Assembly (NCBI GenBank): GCA_976551045.1 | Contig: CDPCPM010000370.1 | Coordinates: forward strand, 1,922,001 to 1,986,000 | Direction: 5' to 3' | DNA length: 64,000 nucleotides | Source of the DNA: Glaucostegus cemiculus | Lineage: Eukaryota | Shown here: positions 40,701-51,322 of the stretch, one piece after another | How the letters are laid out: each line of letters begins with the position of its first letter | How positions within the stretch are numbered: position 1 is the first letter of the stretch | The notes under the pieces: generated by a model | Database searches by the model: none | Seen by the model: the letters and a program-made list of their open reading frames with translations, nothing else | What the model was told of the DNA's origin: nothing | Program-made: the position numbers and the translations under genes

Positions 40701-41501
40701 ATTTAACTAATCTCCATCTCACTTTTGGACAGATATTGGAGATGAATTTCTGTGCAAAATTGACATCCCTCTACATTAATTTACAGATATCATCCCACGC
40801 AACACAATGTAAACTTTTGTCATAAATAGACTTGGGATACCCCACGTCTCTGTATGGTGCTAAACAAATGGAAATCCCGAATTGTAATTACTATTTTCCT
40901 GTCATTCTTATTCAAAGTGCCACAAAACGCTCTTTAAACATTAACAACTGAGACAGATTGCAATGAAGCTTCAAGGGTTGTCTCCGACAAATTACCCATT
41001 TTAGTATCCGATCAATCGCAGGGGATGAAAAACAAAATGAAATCTCTCCGGACTCTGAGAGAAGTAAGGATTATGCATGAAATATATTGCTGAGGAACAC
41101 GTGGAGTCCTCCAGGGGAAAGATGATGTGGTGGATAATCAGCAATGGCTGGGAGTGACGCACCATATCTGGCTGCACAGTTTATTTATTTTTTTTAGGGA
41201 AGTGACAGCATGAAGTCATTATGGAGGATGTGGTTAGAATAACTAAGAGATTTTGTAAAGGAAAGAGAATTACTTTCATGTTGGTGAATTTAATCCTCTT
41301 CTTCCCCTCTGACTAATTCTGTCAACAACCAGAATAGTTGCAAAGATAATATGCGACTACCTACTTTCCCACGATCTCCCCCTCTCTGTGTGTCTTTTTC
41401 AGGCATGATTGATTTTTCTGCAGTTTTCGCTCCCCTGAGGTTTTGGTAAAGCTCTCTCCGTGCCCTGACCAGCTGACTGTCAACAATGCTCACCACACGG
41501 A

Positions 41502-41540
41502 GGTTTTTGTACAGCTCTCTCCCTGCTCTGTCTCACTGTG
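41502..41540 (-). other. Consensus 23-RSS of the supporting V-delta
   Basis: Minus strand cacagtg-23 bp-acaaaaacc, a perfect match to consensus. Confidence 0.95.
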
Positions 41541-41852
41541 CTGCGCGTGTGCTCAGTGCACAGAGATACACAGCCGAGTCGCTCAATTGCAACTTGGAGA
41601 TTGTTAACCTGCTGATTTCCTTGCCAGCATCGAGTGTGTCAGAACTTTCGACCACGATGGAACTTTCTTCATCATCATCTCCACCAGACTCTCTCGGCAG
41701 AAGGTATTCCGGAGCCTGGCCGTGGTCCTGCCGGTACCAGTCTACTGTGTACGAACAGAACTTGGAATATTCGCAAATGAAAGCAGCCATGCCATCAACA
41801 GTCGTTTTGTGTAAGGATGGACTCTGGAACACATTGAATCTCGCTTCAGTAT
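41541..41852 (-). CDS. NAR-TCR supporting TCR-delta V exon (no leader found)
   Basis: (D)TEARFNVFQSPSLHKTTVDGMAAFICEYSKFCSYTVDWYRQDHGQAPEYLL...ISRLTISKLQLSDSAVYLCALSTR. Extra Cys in CDR1. Phase-1 acceptor tatttcag compatible with the NAR J donor. No leader exon seen upstream. Confidence 0.9.
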
Positions 41853-42254
41853 CTGAAATATAGGAGACCATCATTTATTTAATAAAAATACAGAATGGGG
41901 CGTGTAACTGACGGGAATGGCGTTACCATTTGTAACAATTTGTTCAATATTATCTTCCCAAAATTCCGCACGGGCCTACCAGTTCGCTTTCTTATTATCT
42001 TGGGATCGAATCCGAGCACTAAGGGAATTTCATGGAATCTGCACTCTCTCACACTGAGACAGTGACTGTCCAGCTCGTTTTGACTTGTCGAATGGCGGCT
42101 ATTGTTGTATTTACTGTACACGCTAAGAGCCCACTGTCAGCAGTGAGACAGTTTTACGATGCCCTGTGAGAGGAGAGGGAACTACGGACTGCTGAACGTG
42201 AACAAACTGTCATTAAGCATCTGTCAAAGATCACTGCGCTTCGAACCGTGGGCT

Positions 42255-42370
42255 CTCAAGCAATTTCAAAATATGTACATATCCTGCAGATATCATTTTC
42301 TCCTTACTTCAGCTCAAGCAATTTCAAAATATGTACATATCCTGCAGATATCATTTTCTCCTTACTTCAG
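42255..42370. repeat. Perfect 58-bp tandem duplication
   Basis: ctcaagcaatttcaaaatatgtacatatcctgcagatatcattttctccttacttcag twice (42255-42312, 42313-42370). Confidence 0.95.
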
Positions 42371-44257
42371 TTTAAGGATGTTCTTCAGTATGATTGTTTG
42401 TTCTGGTGGCTGTTGTGTTTTAGCAAAAGTGGTAACCCTTCTCAGAATACCGAAGTTGACGGTTGTCACCAGGCTGAACAATTTCCACAGTGGTTTAACA
42501 GCTCCTCACTGGAACCGCTCCACCGGCTTCCTGAACATGCACGTCCATTTAGCTCATTGGCTGATTCTCCCCGGTGGGCCGCGATCGTAACCACCCTCCT
42601 TACAACACCAGTAAGCACATTTTATGGAGAATATAAATCAATGCAAAGCCAACTGTTCTGTGCCGGTGTTTAGAATCCATACGAATCTGTTCGAATTTTA
42701 ACCAAAGTTAGAACCCTCTCTCTGTGTCCCTGCATGCCTCGCTGGATCTATCAAGGACACCTAACCCCCATTTTCCCCCACTCAACCCAGCAGAACAGTG
42801 TTGGTCTCTCTCCTCTCCACTGTCTTGGTGTCAGCAAAGTCATTTTAACGTTATTTGTTTCAATAAGTTCCTGGCGATAACTGCAAATATTTTATTGTTG
42901 ACTACCATTTATCCACCATTCCAAAGACAAAGCAAAAACAATCCATTCAGTTCATTGGTAAAACGAGCAGTCCCAAACTCGGAGATTCTCCCGGTTGTTT
43001 AAGACTTCCTTTCTATCGAAAATGCCTCTCAGCTCTCCCCGTCTCAGCATTTCATGCATCCCAATGCGATCGCCGTTCAGTTCTCTCAATTCCACTGCCA
43101 GGTAGCGCTTCCTCTTCAACTTCTCCACTTTTCAAACGCCTCACGATCCGGGAATTTATCGCGGTATGTTTATGGAAGCCCGTCAGTTTGGGTAATAAAC
43201 ACACTCATACCACTATCCCATTCCTGTCAGGACATCCGACATGTGCCTTCTCTCTTTCTTTCGCTCTCCCCCCTCTCTCTCTCCTTCTATCCTTCCATTT
43301 TTTCCTTTGCACCGACAGGTTCTCTTCTTAAATCCAGATTCTGCCTTCTACATGTGTTCTCTTTCCACCGTTTGAAGCATCGGCCCTCTTGCCTTCATTC
43401 GCTCGTCAAACTGTTTGCATTAACATTAAAGTGGGATACGGACCTAATTCCACACTTTGAGGTGGGAATGACATTTGTTACGAAGAATTACATTGACTTT
43501 AGAACACAAGAACAGACCGTTCAGTCCGCCTTCTCTACTTAGTACAAGCTGCTCTTTTCAAAGAAAATTTCACCCTATCAATATCGCAATTTCCCCCTTT
43601 CACACTTCTGCTTATATTCAAAATTCCCATAAAGATTTCTGTTTTCTGCCAGAAGTACTTATTCAAGCAGCGAGTCCTGCATTCTCTTAAGACAAAGCTG
43701 ATCTTGTCATAACGATTAAATTGTTTTATATTAATTAAAAATATATTAAGGGCAATGAACCATTAGTTCAAATATTTAATGCTGTCAGATTCGCCAATTT
43801 ATCATGGGAAAGGGGAAAACAAATGTATGCAAATAAATTCAGTCACTCAATTCACAGTGCGGAGATGTTGCCTTGCAAGTTAATTTCAGCGGTGTGACAC
43901 CCCATAGCCTGTTACTGGTCTTCATGACGTCACGTTCCAAGTCAATCAACGATGGTCCAGATATGTATCCCGTTCCGAACTCTCTCTCGCTCTCACTCTC
44001 CCCCCCCCCCCACCCATTCTTGTGACTGAGTACACCCCTCACTCTATCTCATATTTGGATTGGTAAAAGAAGGGAGAGACGCATTGTCTCTGCGCCAGTG
44101 ATTCCGGCTCAAGTCCCAATCGCGATTATGGTAAGTCGATGAGAAGCGGGCCGTTACAGAAATTGTATTTTTAAAGTGAACTGAGGTGATTCTGTTCACA
44201 ACAGAAAGCGGAAATTAATGGACATTCTGTGACACAATAGAGTGTGGAGTCACTTAC

Positions 44258-44346
44258 CGTCTGTGACAGTTACCACCGTTCCCGATCCATCGACGTATTT
44301 AGTTTCACACGGTGCCTCCGCTGTCAGTCTGATTGATACAAGAACC
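44258..44346 (-). other. NAR-TCR J segment (coding 44307-44258) with 23-RSS
   Basis: ggttcttgt-23-caccgtg then ETKYVDGSGTVVTVTD|gtaag (NAR-type G-x-G-T without W/F). Confidence 0.9.
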
Positions 44347-44669
44347 AAGCATACATCAATCTGGCGGATAAATCTCACCAGAGACGCTCCGATCCTTTAA
44401 GATTACTTTTGTATTACAATAATGACCAATATTCGTTATTTAACAGTCCCCGTCATTCAAACGTTCTTTTGTAACACAGAGAGTTCTTAGGGAAAGGACG
44501 CAAGGGCAGGACCCGGGAACGCGTGCGTAACATAAACAGATGGAAGTCAAAATTGGAAGAAACAGAACTCCAGAAATTGCAATGAAATTATTCAATTTTC
44601 AGACAAGAACACCAATAGTCAAGTAAATTGGAAAACCGACCCGGAGACTTTGCATTTTAGTTATCCTGT

Positions 44670-44740
44670 GTTTTTTGTTCGGATCTCCACCATTGTGAGT
44701 TCCCATACCCTACACAGTCAATTACATCATTACAAAATCC
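44670..44740 (-). other. NAR-TCR D segment (TAGGGTATGGGAACT, 44712-44698) with 12/12 RSS
   Basis: Plus strand: gttttttgt-12-cattgtg [D] cacagtc-12-acaaaatcc. Confidence 0.88.
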
Positions 44741-45053
44741 TTCTCCTACTCGGAGAGACGGTAGAATGTCCTTAGCAGACGAAGGCAGCGACTTCCCATT
44801 GCAGCTGTTGGAGCAACATCATATCTGATCTTGACGACAGTGAAGCAGGAATGGTCATTCCCAATCAACAGTTACAGCCATTAATCTCGGGAAAAGCAGC
44901 ACTTTTGCTTGGTCTGTGAAGCAGGCGTAATGTGGGCGGTCACAGTACAATCCCGCGAAATTCAGACATCGGGCAATTGGGGCGAAGTGGGGCTGTGCTT
45001 TAAAGGCGGAATCACCCCGTCTTTTCACCTGTTCTATGAAAATCTGCAGCAAG

Positions 45054-45091
45054 GGTTTTTGTACCGCGGGAAGACCAGTCCCATCATTGTG
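45054..45091 (-). other. RSS of NAR-TCR V (22-bp spacer)
   Basis: Minus strand cacaatg-22-acaaaaacc. Confidence 0.9.
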
Positions 45092-45379
45092 ATTCGTTCC
45101 AGTACTCAGCTTTACAGTAATAGATGGCGCTGTCTTCAAATCTCAGGTCCCGAATTTTCAGCGTGAAGGTCTTTTCTGCTTTATTCGTGGACAGAAGAAA
45201 TCGATCCCCACCCGTAATCCGCTCCCAGCCTGTGCCAGACTCTACATGCTTGAAGAAACTTCCGGATTGAAAAACATGCCAAGAATGAGCAGACTGGAAA
45301 CGGCAGGTGATCGTGAGAGATTGGCAGACCTTCCTGGTCACGGCTGTCGGGCTCTGGATCACCGACTGACTGAAGGTAC
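45092..45379 (-). CDS. NAR-TCR V exon (IgNAR-like V lacking CDR2)
   Basis: TFSQSVIQSPTAVTRKVCQSLTITCRFQ...WERITGGDRFLLSTNKAEKTFTLKIRDLRFEDSAIYYCKAEYWNE. NAR-type short FR2-FR3 and YYCKA, extra FR1 Cys, acceptor tttccag. Confidence 0.92.
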
Positions 45380-45479
45380 CTGGAAATTAACACAGGGATA
45401 GGTGAATATGCATCATAGGAGAACTTACGGAGCGGGTGATAACACTCTGAGAGTGTTAGAATGTGTGACAAGTACTCAC

Positions 45480-45522
45480 GGCGTAAACAAAGACACAAGG
45501 TGAAAACCACAAGGAATCCCAT
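45480..45522 (-). CDS. NAR-TCR V leader exon
   Basis: MGFLVVFTLCLCLR, 43 nt, phase-1 donor gtgagt. Confidence 0.85.
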
Positions 45523-45665
45523 CGTTTTGTCTCCGAGGGCAGGTAGTTTATGTGCCGGGGTGCTGGAGCCCGCGGACCCGGACTGCTCCGACAGCCTGCT
45601 TCTCAGATCTAGACTTGGACTGGGACTGGGTCAGGTTGATTTCCACCTGGCGGTGTTCCCGGAAC

Positions 45666-45669
<4 letters not shown>

Positions 45670-45717
<48 letters not shown>
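45670..45717. repeat. (GT)n microsatellite upstream of the NAR-TCR leader
   Basis: GT run. Confidence 0.97.
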
Positions 45718-45720
<3 letters not shown>

Positions 45721-48700
45721 GAGCGACTGGTCTTTTGGGGAAGTGTTGATGGTTTTCTTTCTGCTTCGAGTCTCTGAATCAGAAGTGAATGCCCCTCCCA
45801 TGTGTTTCTGACGTTCAGTAGGCGGGGAAATTGTTCAGAGACCGTTACTCCCCTTTCCTCCTCATTAATCTCTCACACAGAGGCTTCGTCATGTCCGGAA
45901 CAAATCTTGTCACCACAGGTTGTCTTTCTCTCTGGAGCATCTTTTCTTCATCTGCGAATCAGGCTTCTTCGTAAACAGCCTATCACGACGACAACACTGG
46001 CCTTGCCTATCAGAACTTTCCTTCTGTCCCATCCCGCTCCCCACCCTGCAAGATGAACCTAACTTGTCTGCTCGGCTTTCTAATTCTGACGAACAGCCCT
46101 CGACTGCAAAGGTTAATTCAGTTTCTCTTTCCACAGATGCTGCCTGGAGCATTGAGTGTTTCCAGCACGTTTCCGCCGTTGCTTTATATTTCCAGGATTT
46201 TTAGAGTTAATGTAGAGAAGCAGTTTCTAAGTTTCAGGAAACCAATAAAGTGCACCGACATAATTTCCAGCTCCTTTATTTCAGTACGATATAATGTCAT
46301 ATTTCCAGGTCATCAGTCAGACAGTAATTTAACTGTTTTATCTCTTTCTTTCCCGCTCCGTCTGTCTCGCCCTCTGCACTTTTTTCTCCTCGTACCCATC
46401 GCATTGAAACGGCGCGTAGAGTCAATGCTGATTTTCTGTTGAGTGAAGAATGATTGGGAACAGACTGCCAAAGCACAGGCGACTTGAAAAGTTTGAACGT
46501 TCGCTGTTCATTGTCGAGGGGGTGCAGAGATGGAAAAGGAATACACCAGGGAGAACTTGTGCTGGTATTAATCCTGCTGCATCTAATTCTGTCCTTCGAT
46601 CGCCACGGGGAACTCAATAATCATGAAGGTCGCGGGTTAAAATTCAACATGTATTTATTTCACTTGAATTTTCCCTGGTTGGCAATAGGACAGGAAATGT
46701 GCAGAGAGAATAAGAAGAAATGATCTGCCAAGTAACAGCCATGTGCTGTCCTCCTGAAACAATGCAGCTCCTCTGGGGCTGACAAGATGATTTGAGTTTC
46801 TCACAGGAAAATTCCTGTTCGAAAGCCAGTTCAGTGGGCGCACATCACTGGTGTCCTTCATTCCCATTCCGTGTAGAAACGGATGTCCGGGGCGTCAAAC
46901 CAGACATAAGGCATCAACCAATAAAGCAGGAGATACTTGGAAACAATCAGCGGGGCAGCCAGAAAGTCGCGGACCTTTGTCATATCTGAGAACGAGAGAA
47001 AATTAAGTCATATGTAAGCAGCAGTTGGTCATGGATAACTGAAAAAAGGGAGGTATGGATAGGACAAAGGGAGTTTTTCTAATAGTGTGAGGTCAGCGCT
47101 TCCTTGGAGAGGAGCTGCAGCTGAAATGTTTGATTGATGACTTCTTCCCAGTATCAGTTCCCTGATCTGGATTCTGATCAGACATTTCTAACGTTTTAGA
47201 CATTTATTTGTATATTTGGACCACCATAGACTCATTTTGATGAACCCAGCGAAACTCACTCAGCAATCTCCCCTGGGCCTGTCGAAATCGTTCCGAGTAA
47301 ATACTCAAAAGACCAGTGATCTCGTTCAAACTCTTCCTTTATTTGATCCGAGGAGAGAGCAGGGAGCCAGGTACTTCCGTCCTGGATCTGATGTTCTCTG
47401 CAGCACATTAACTTACAGGCATTTTATACCATTTTAAAGGTACAAACAATAACCAGACAAGGAATGATCATTCACTGGGCAGGCAGTATCACGTCTATTT
47501 TCTATATAATGATCGAAGAAAGTTGCTAAAAATAATTAATATTTCAGTTGAGGCCGTAGTTCCTTAACCTTTCTAAAGCATCAGGATCCATAGGGTATCT
47601 TTGGATACACAAGGTTCTTCGTTGAGACTTCAGGGTTAAACAGTTAAAGCAAACACGCTGAAGCAGGAACTGATGTACTGGAATTATCAAACCTCAAAGC
47701 TGCAGAAACGTAGCCAACACAAGCAGAGTACCTAGGGCTAAAGCAAAGCAAGATATTGTTGTTACAAGCGCTCTAATACCATATACCCTTTAATTCACAT
47801 CTCAGTGTTCACGCAATCTTTTTTTCTTTGAGGCTGTCCCTATATCTTATACACATTCTCAGGGCAATATGCTTCTGTCCAGACATCCCGCAAAGAATCC
47901 AGGTTTCAGAGCCCACTGATTGATACGAATAGAGTAGCTTCAGCTTGCAGGCAGGCATGAAAAGGGCAGCAGAGGTCCAAAGGGAGATCATATTATTTAC
48001 GTCACTGCAAATTAGCAGACTGTACATCAGAAAAAATGGATGTCCCCTCTGTCACCAAGATTCCCAAATTAACATCAGCTAGTTGTCGAATGCACGCCGC
48101 CCGGTTGTTGAGTCACGGTGTCTATTTGATGAGATGTGGAAGACGTTACGACGCTGTCAGAAGGATACAGGCCTCAGGATCCTAATGTCGGACCGAAGGT
48201 CAGTAGCGAAATTCCCATTAAATGGAGCGGAAGCACAAAGCATCAGATTGTACGGGGGTAAAATGATGTTTCCAGAGACAGCAGAGGAAAATCGTCCTCT
48301 GTAATCGCATTCAGAACAGCTGGAGTCCTCAAGGCAACTGTGAGACGGGGTGAATGACATTGTTTAGGCCCAGTTCTCCTGTGAGTGTAATCAATGCGGA
48401 ATTAATTCCCGTCAGTCACGGCCAAGGGGCGCAAGAGGAGCCCTCGACTGGTCTGGGTGTTGGCGGAGGTCCAAACTGAGGTCATCACTCAAGTACCTCA
48501 CTCTGGGTGAGGGTAAACGCTGCAGATCCTGGAACAGAAGCAGCAGCGTGACTTTGACCCGACCCTGACAGTGCATCATGCAGCAGGATGTAGTGACATG
48601 GTGATAAGTGGAATCCTGCGTTTCTCCTCCTGTCGGTGCTGTCATCTGGTGGCTTCACTGAGTACTCCACTGATAGGACTCTGCACCCACTCCCATGATC

Positions 48701-50074
48701 TGTACTTGTGTTCTTGGAAGACTCACCGTGCTTATCTCTTCACAGATGCGGCCTGACCTGCAAACCATTTGCACATTAACTGTGTCGTATCCCATTTCCA
48801 GCATCCGCAACATTTTGCATTCTGGTGGCAGTTACAGGTGAAATCCCCTTGATTACAGAGGACTCTGACTGCGTCTTTGTTACACTAGTCCAGGCCAGGA
48901 TGTAGGGTGTCACAGCTTAAGGTGAATTATTCATTCCCTGTGCATCATGCATCAGTCATATTTGCAACCAAAATATCATGCCTATATTCCACCAGTGTAT
49001 TAAGCCCAGGCTTTGTGATGGTTGCACTCACCATTTAAGGCAATGCTTGTCACTGCTCACATCATAGTTACACTTGATGAAAATATGCAGATATTCCAGC
49101 TGTGGAACTGCATTGGATGAAGAATTTGCTGACTTTAAACAGACGATAACTCATCTTCCTGATCCTAGTTAATCTCACACTGAACCCCTGTCACACCAGA
49201 CCCAATCACTCTTTATTTTCCACAAGTATGGAATACACTGGAGTTGATAACTGATCAAATTATATTTGCCCTAACTGCAATTATATGGTCACTTCAATCC
49301 CAATAACACAAAATAAAAGAAGGATTTATTTTTCGTTAGTAACTGGATCCCACAGCATCAGTCTGAGTCGTTGTTAATATTAAAATTGGCCATTTATCAC
49401 AAGGCCTCGACATTGGTCATACTGTCTGGGTCGTCACAACATACAAAATGCTGTCAATGCTCATGCTAAACCGGGTCCACTTCAGCAGGCGCAGTCACAC
49501 TTCGGATTAACACCGAGACCTGCAGCGTCACGCCAATACTCTACATATGAGACGGGGCTCTGTATCAGCAATCCCAGCCACCGTTCTATTACACTGGTTC
49601 CTAAAACACGAGGGGAAAAAATATCTGATCATGTTTTCTGAGTCCAAAAACACGAGGTCTGTTGCTTTAAATTGGGTCCCTTGCAACTGTTCCAGTGATT
49701 GTTTAAGGAAACCTGGTATCAGGCAGAGTTACTCATCAGTTTACCGTGGCCCCTCTACCATCAGATTCAGTTGATAGTTCCAATACTATGAAAAATTTAA
49801 TACTTCACGCAGAGTTGTGATGGTGTTAGATTAAACCGAAAACACCAGGGGCAGTCACTATTAATATTACACATTCCTTCGCAAACCAAGTAACAATTCA
49901 CATTATCCTGTTTGAAAACACCAGGCGCAGGAATGCAGTCATTTACAGTGATTAAGTCCTATATCACTGGACCTAGTAGCTGTTCATATCACACTGGTCC
50001 CTATAGCACCAAGACCAGTCGATGTTCAAGTTATATTGAGTCCTCTGGAACCAGACCCACAGAGTTATCACCTT

Positions 50075-50310
50075 TTACCTAGGGGCAACTTCGTCACGCA
50101 GAGGATAGTATGTGTATGGAATGAGCAGCCAGAGGAAGTGGTTGAGGCAGGTACAATTGTGTTGTAAAGAAGCACTCGGATTGGTACATGGATGGGCGGG
50201 GCTTGGAGGGATATCGGCCGAGCACAGGAAATTGGGACGAATTAGGTGGGCACTATGGATGACATGGACTGTTTGGGCCGAAGAGCCTGCACAAGAACTG
50301 TGTTGCTAAG
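50075..50310 (+). mobile_element. CR1-type LINE 3' fragment
   Basis: aggggcaacttcgtcacgcagagg...tggaatgagcagccagaggaagtggttgaggcagg...gggccgaagagcctg resembles a CR1 3' end. Confidence 0.65.
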
Positions 50311-50429
50311 GAACTCTCCGAAGGAAAACTCGCCATCTCTTATCGCAAATTCTTTTCTGCCCCAAGTCCACTGCGTTCCTATCAGACTGATTTATGTCGT
50401 CATGTTACTGAAAAGCATATGCACTTTAT

Positions 50430-51322
50430 TACAAATAAGTTCCAATTAAAATGATAGTGTATTTGACGGCATTGGAGCAGCTCCTCTCTGAAATTCCGCG
50501 GGGTCGCTTTGTAAATTACCGTGTTTCTGCAGCAGCTCAGCAGCTGAAGCATAGCCCAGTTGATCGAATGTTGCAAATAGTTTCCTTAAACCTCTGGACC
50601 AAAATCCCTTCATTCATCGATGGATAACAAACTTTGTTTATACGTGTGGCCTAAAGCAGGATAAAAGTCCTGGATATAGCAAGAAGTAAAGTGGTTGACC
50701 GTCTGCTGTTCCCCATCTCGGCAACCCACTGGTGATATCCCGGAGGCTCCTGAGCACCCGTTTGGACAGTAAAATACGTCTGATGTTGAAAGCATTGAAC
50801 AACAGTATCAAACAGAATGGAACAACTGGATTCAACAGCTGCTCTTTAGAAGAAAATAACAGCCATGCCGGATGAACTTGAGAATTCTTCTATACAAGGT
50901 ATCCCCAGGGGATATTTTTTATTATTATTATTTGTGAAAGCAACATAAGCAGAAGTCCAGGGTATGTTCTTAAAGCAGAAGAACGCGCGAAGTGTCACAA
51001 GAACCATCACAACAGTTCCCTCTGTGCAATATCTGGTTGTTAGTTTGTGAGAGGAAATGGCCACAAATCTATCAAACGTGCAAGCGACCGTGAATCAGTC
51101 AGAAGAGTTTGCGGCCACGGGAGCCAAGTGGAGAATACGTCTGCACACAGTAGTGCAAAATGAAAAGAGGAGTCCCACCAATTAAGTTCCGCAACTGGTG
51201 CAACATCACCTTGCAAACAATCACCGCGAGGTTCGCCGTTGCCAGAGCCACAAGGTAACAAGAGCTGCATTTGGAGAGACCACACTTTCCGCAGGACAGG
51301 ATCACAATCGCGAAAAAGTTCA
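50430..51322 (-). pseudogene. GPR139/142-like GPCR pseudogene (paralog of 203-1107)
   Basis: Successive frames give NFFAIVILSCGKCGLSKCSSCYLVALAT, YCTEGTVVMVLVTL...FCFKNIPW, PVVPFCLILLFNAFNIRRI and LQLLSCCRNTVIY. Several frameshifts. Same acceptor context (tttcttctttcatt...cag). 3' end approximate. Confidence 0.85.

Noticed and set aside
45440-45458. Short hairpin taacactct-g-agagtgtta in the NAR V leader intron
   Set aside because: Only a 9-bp stem, with no evidence of function.
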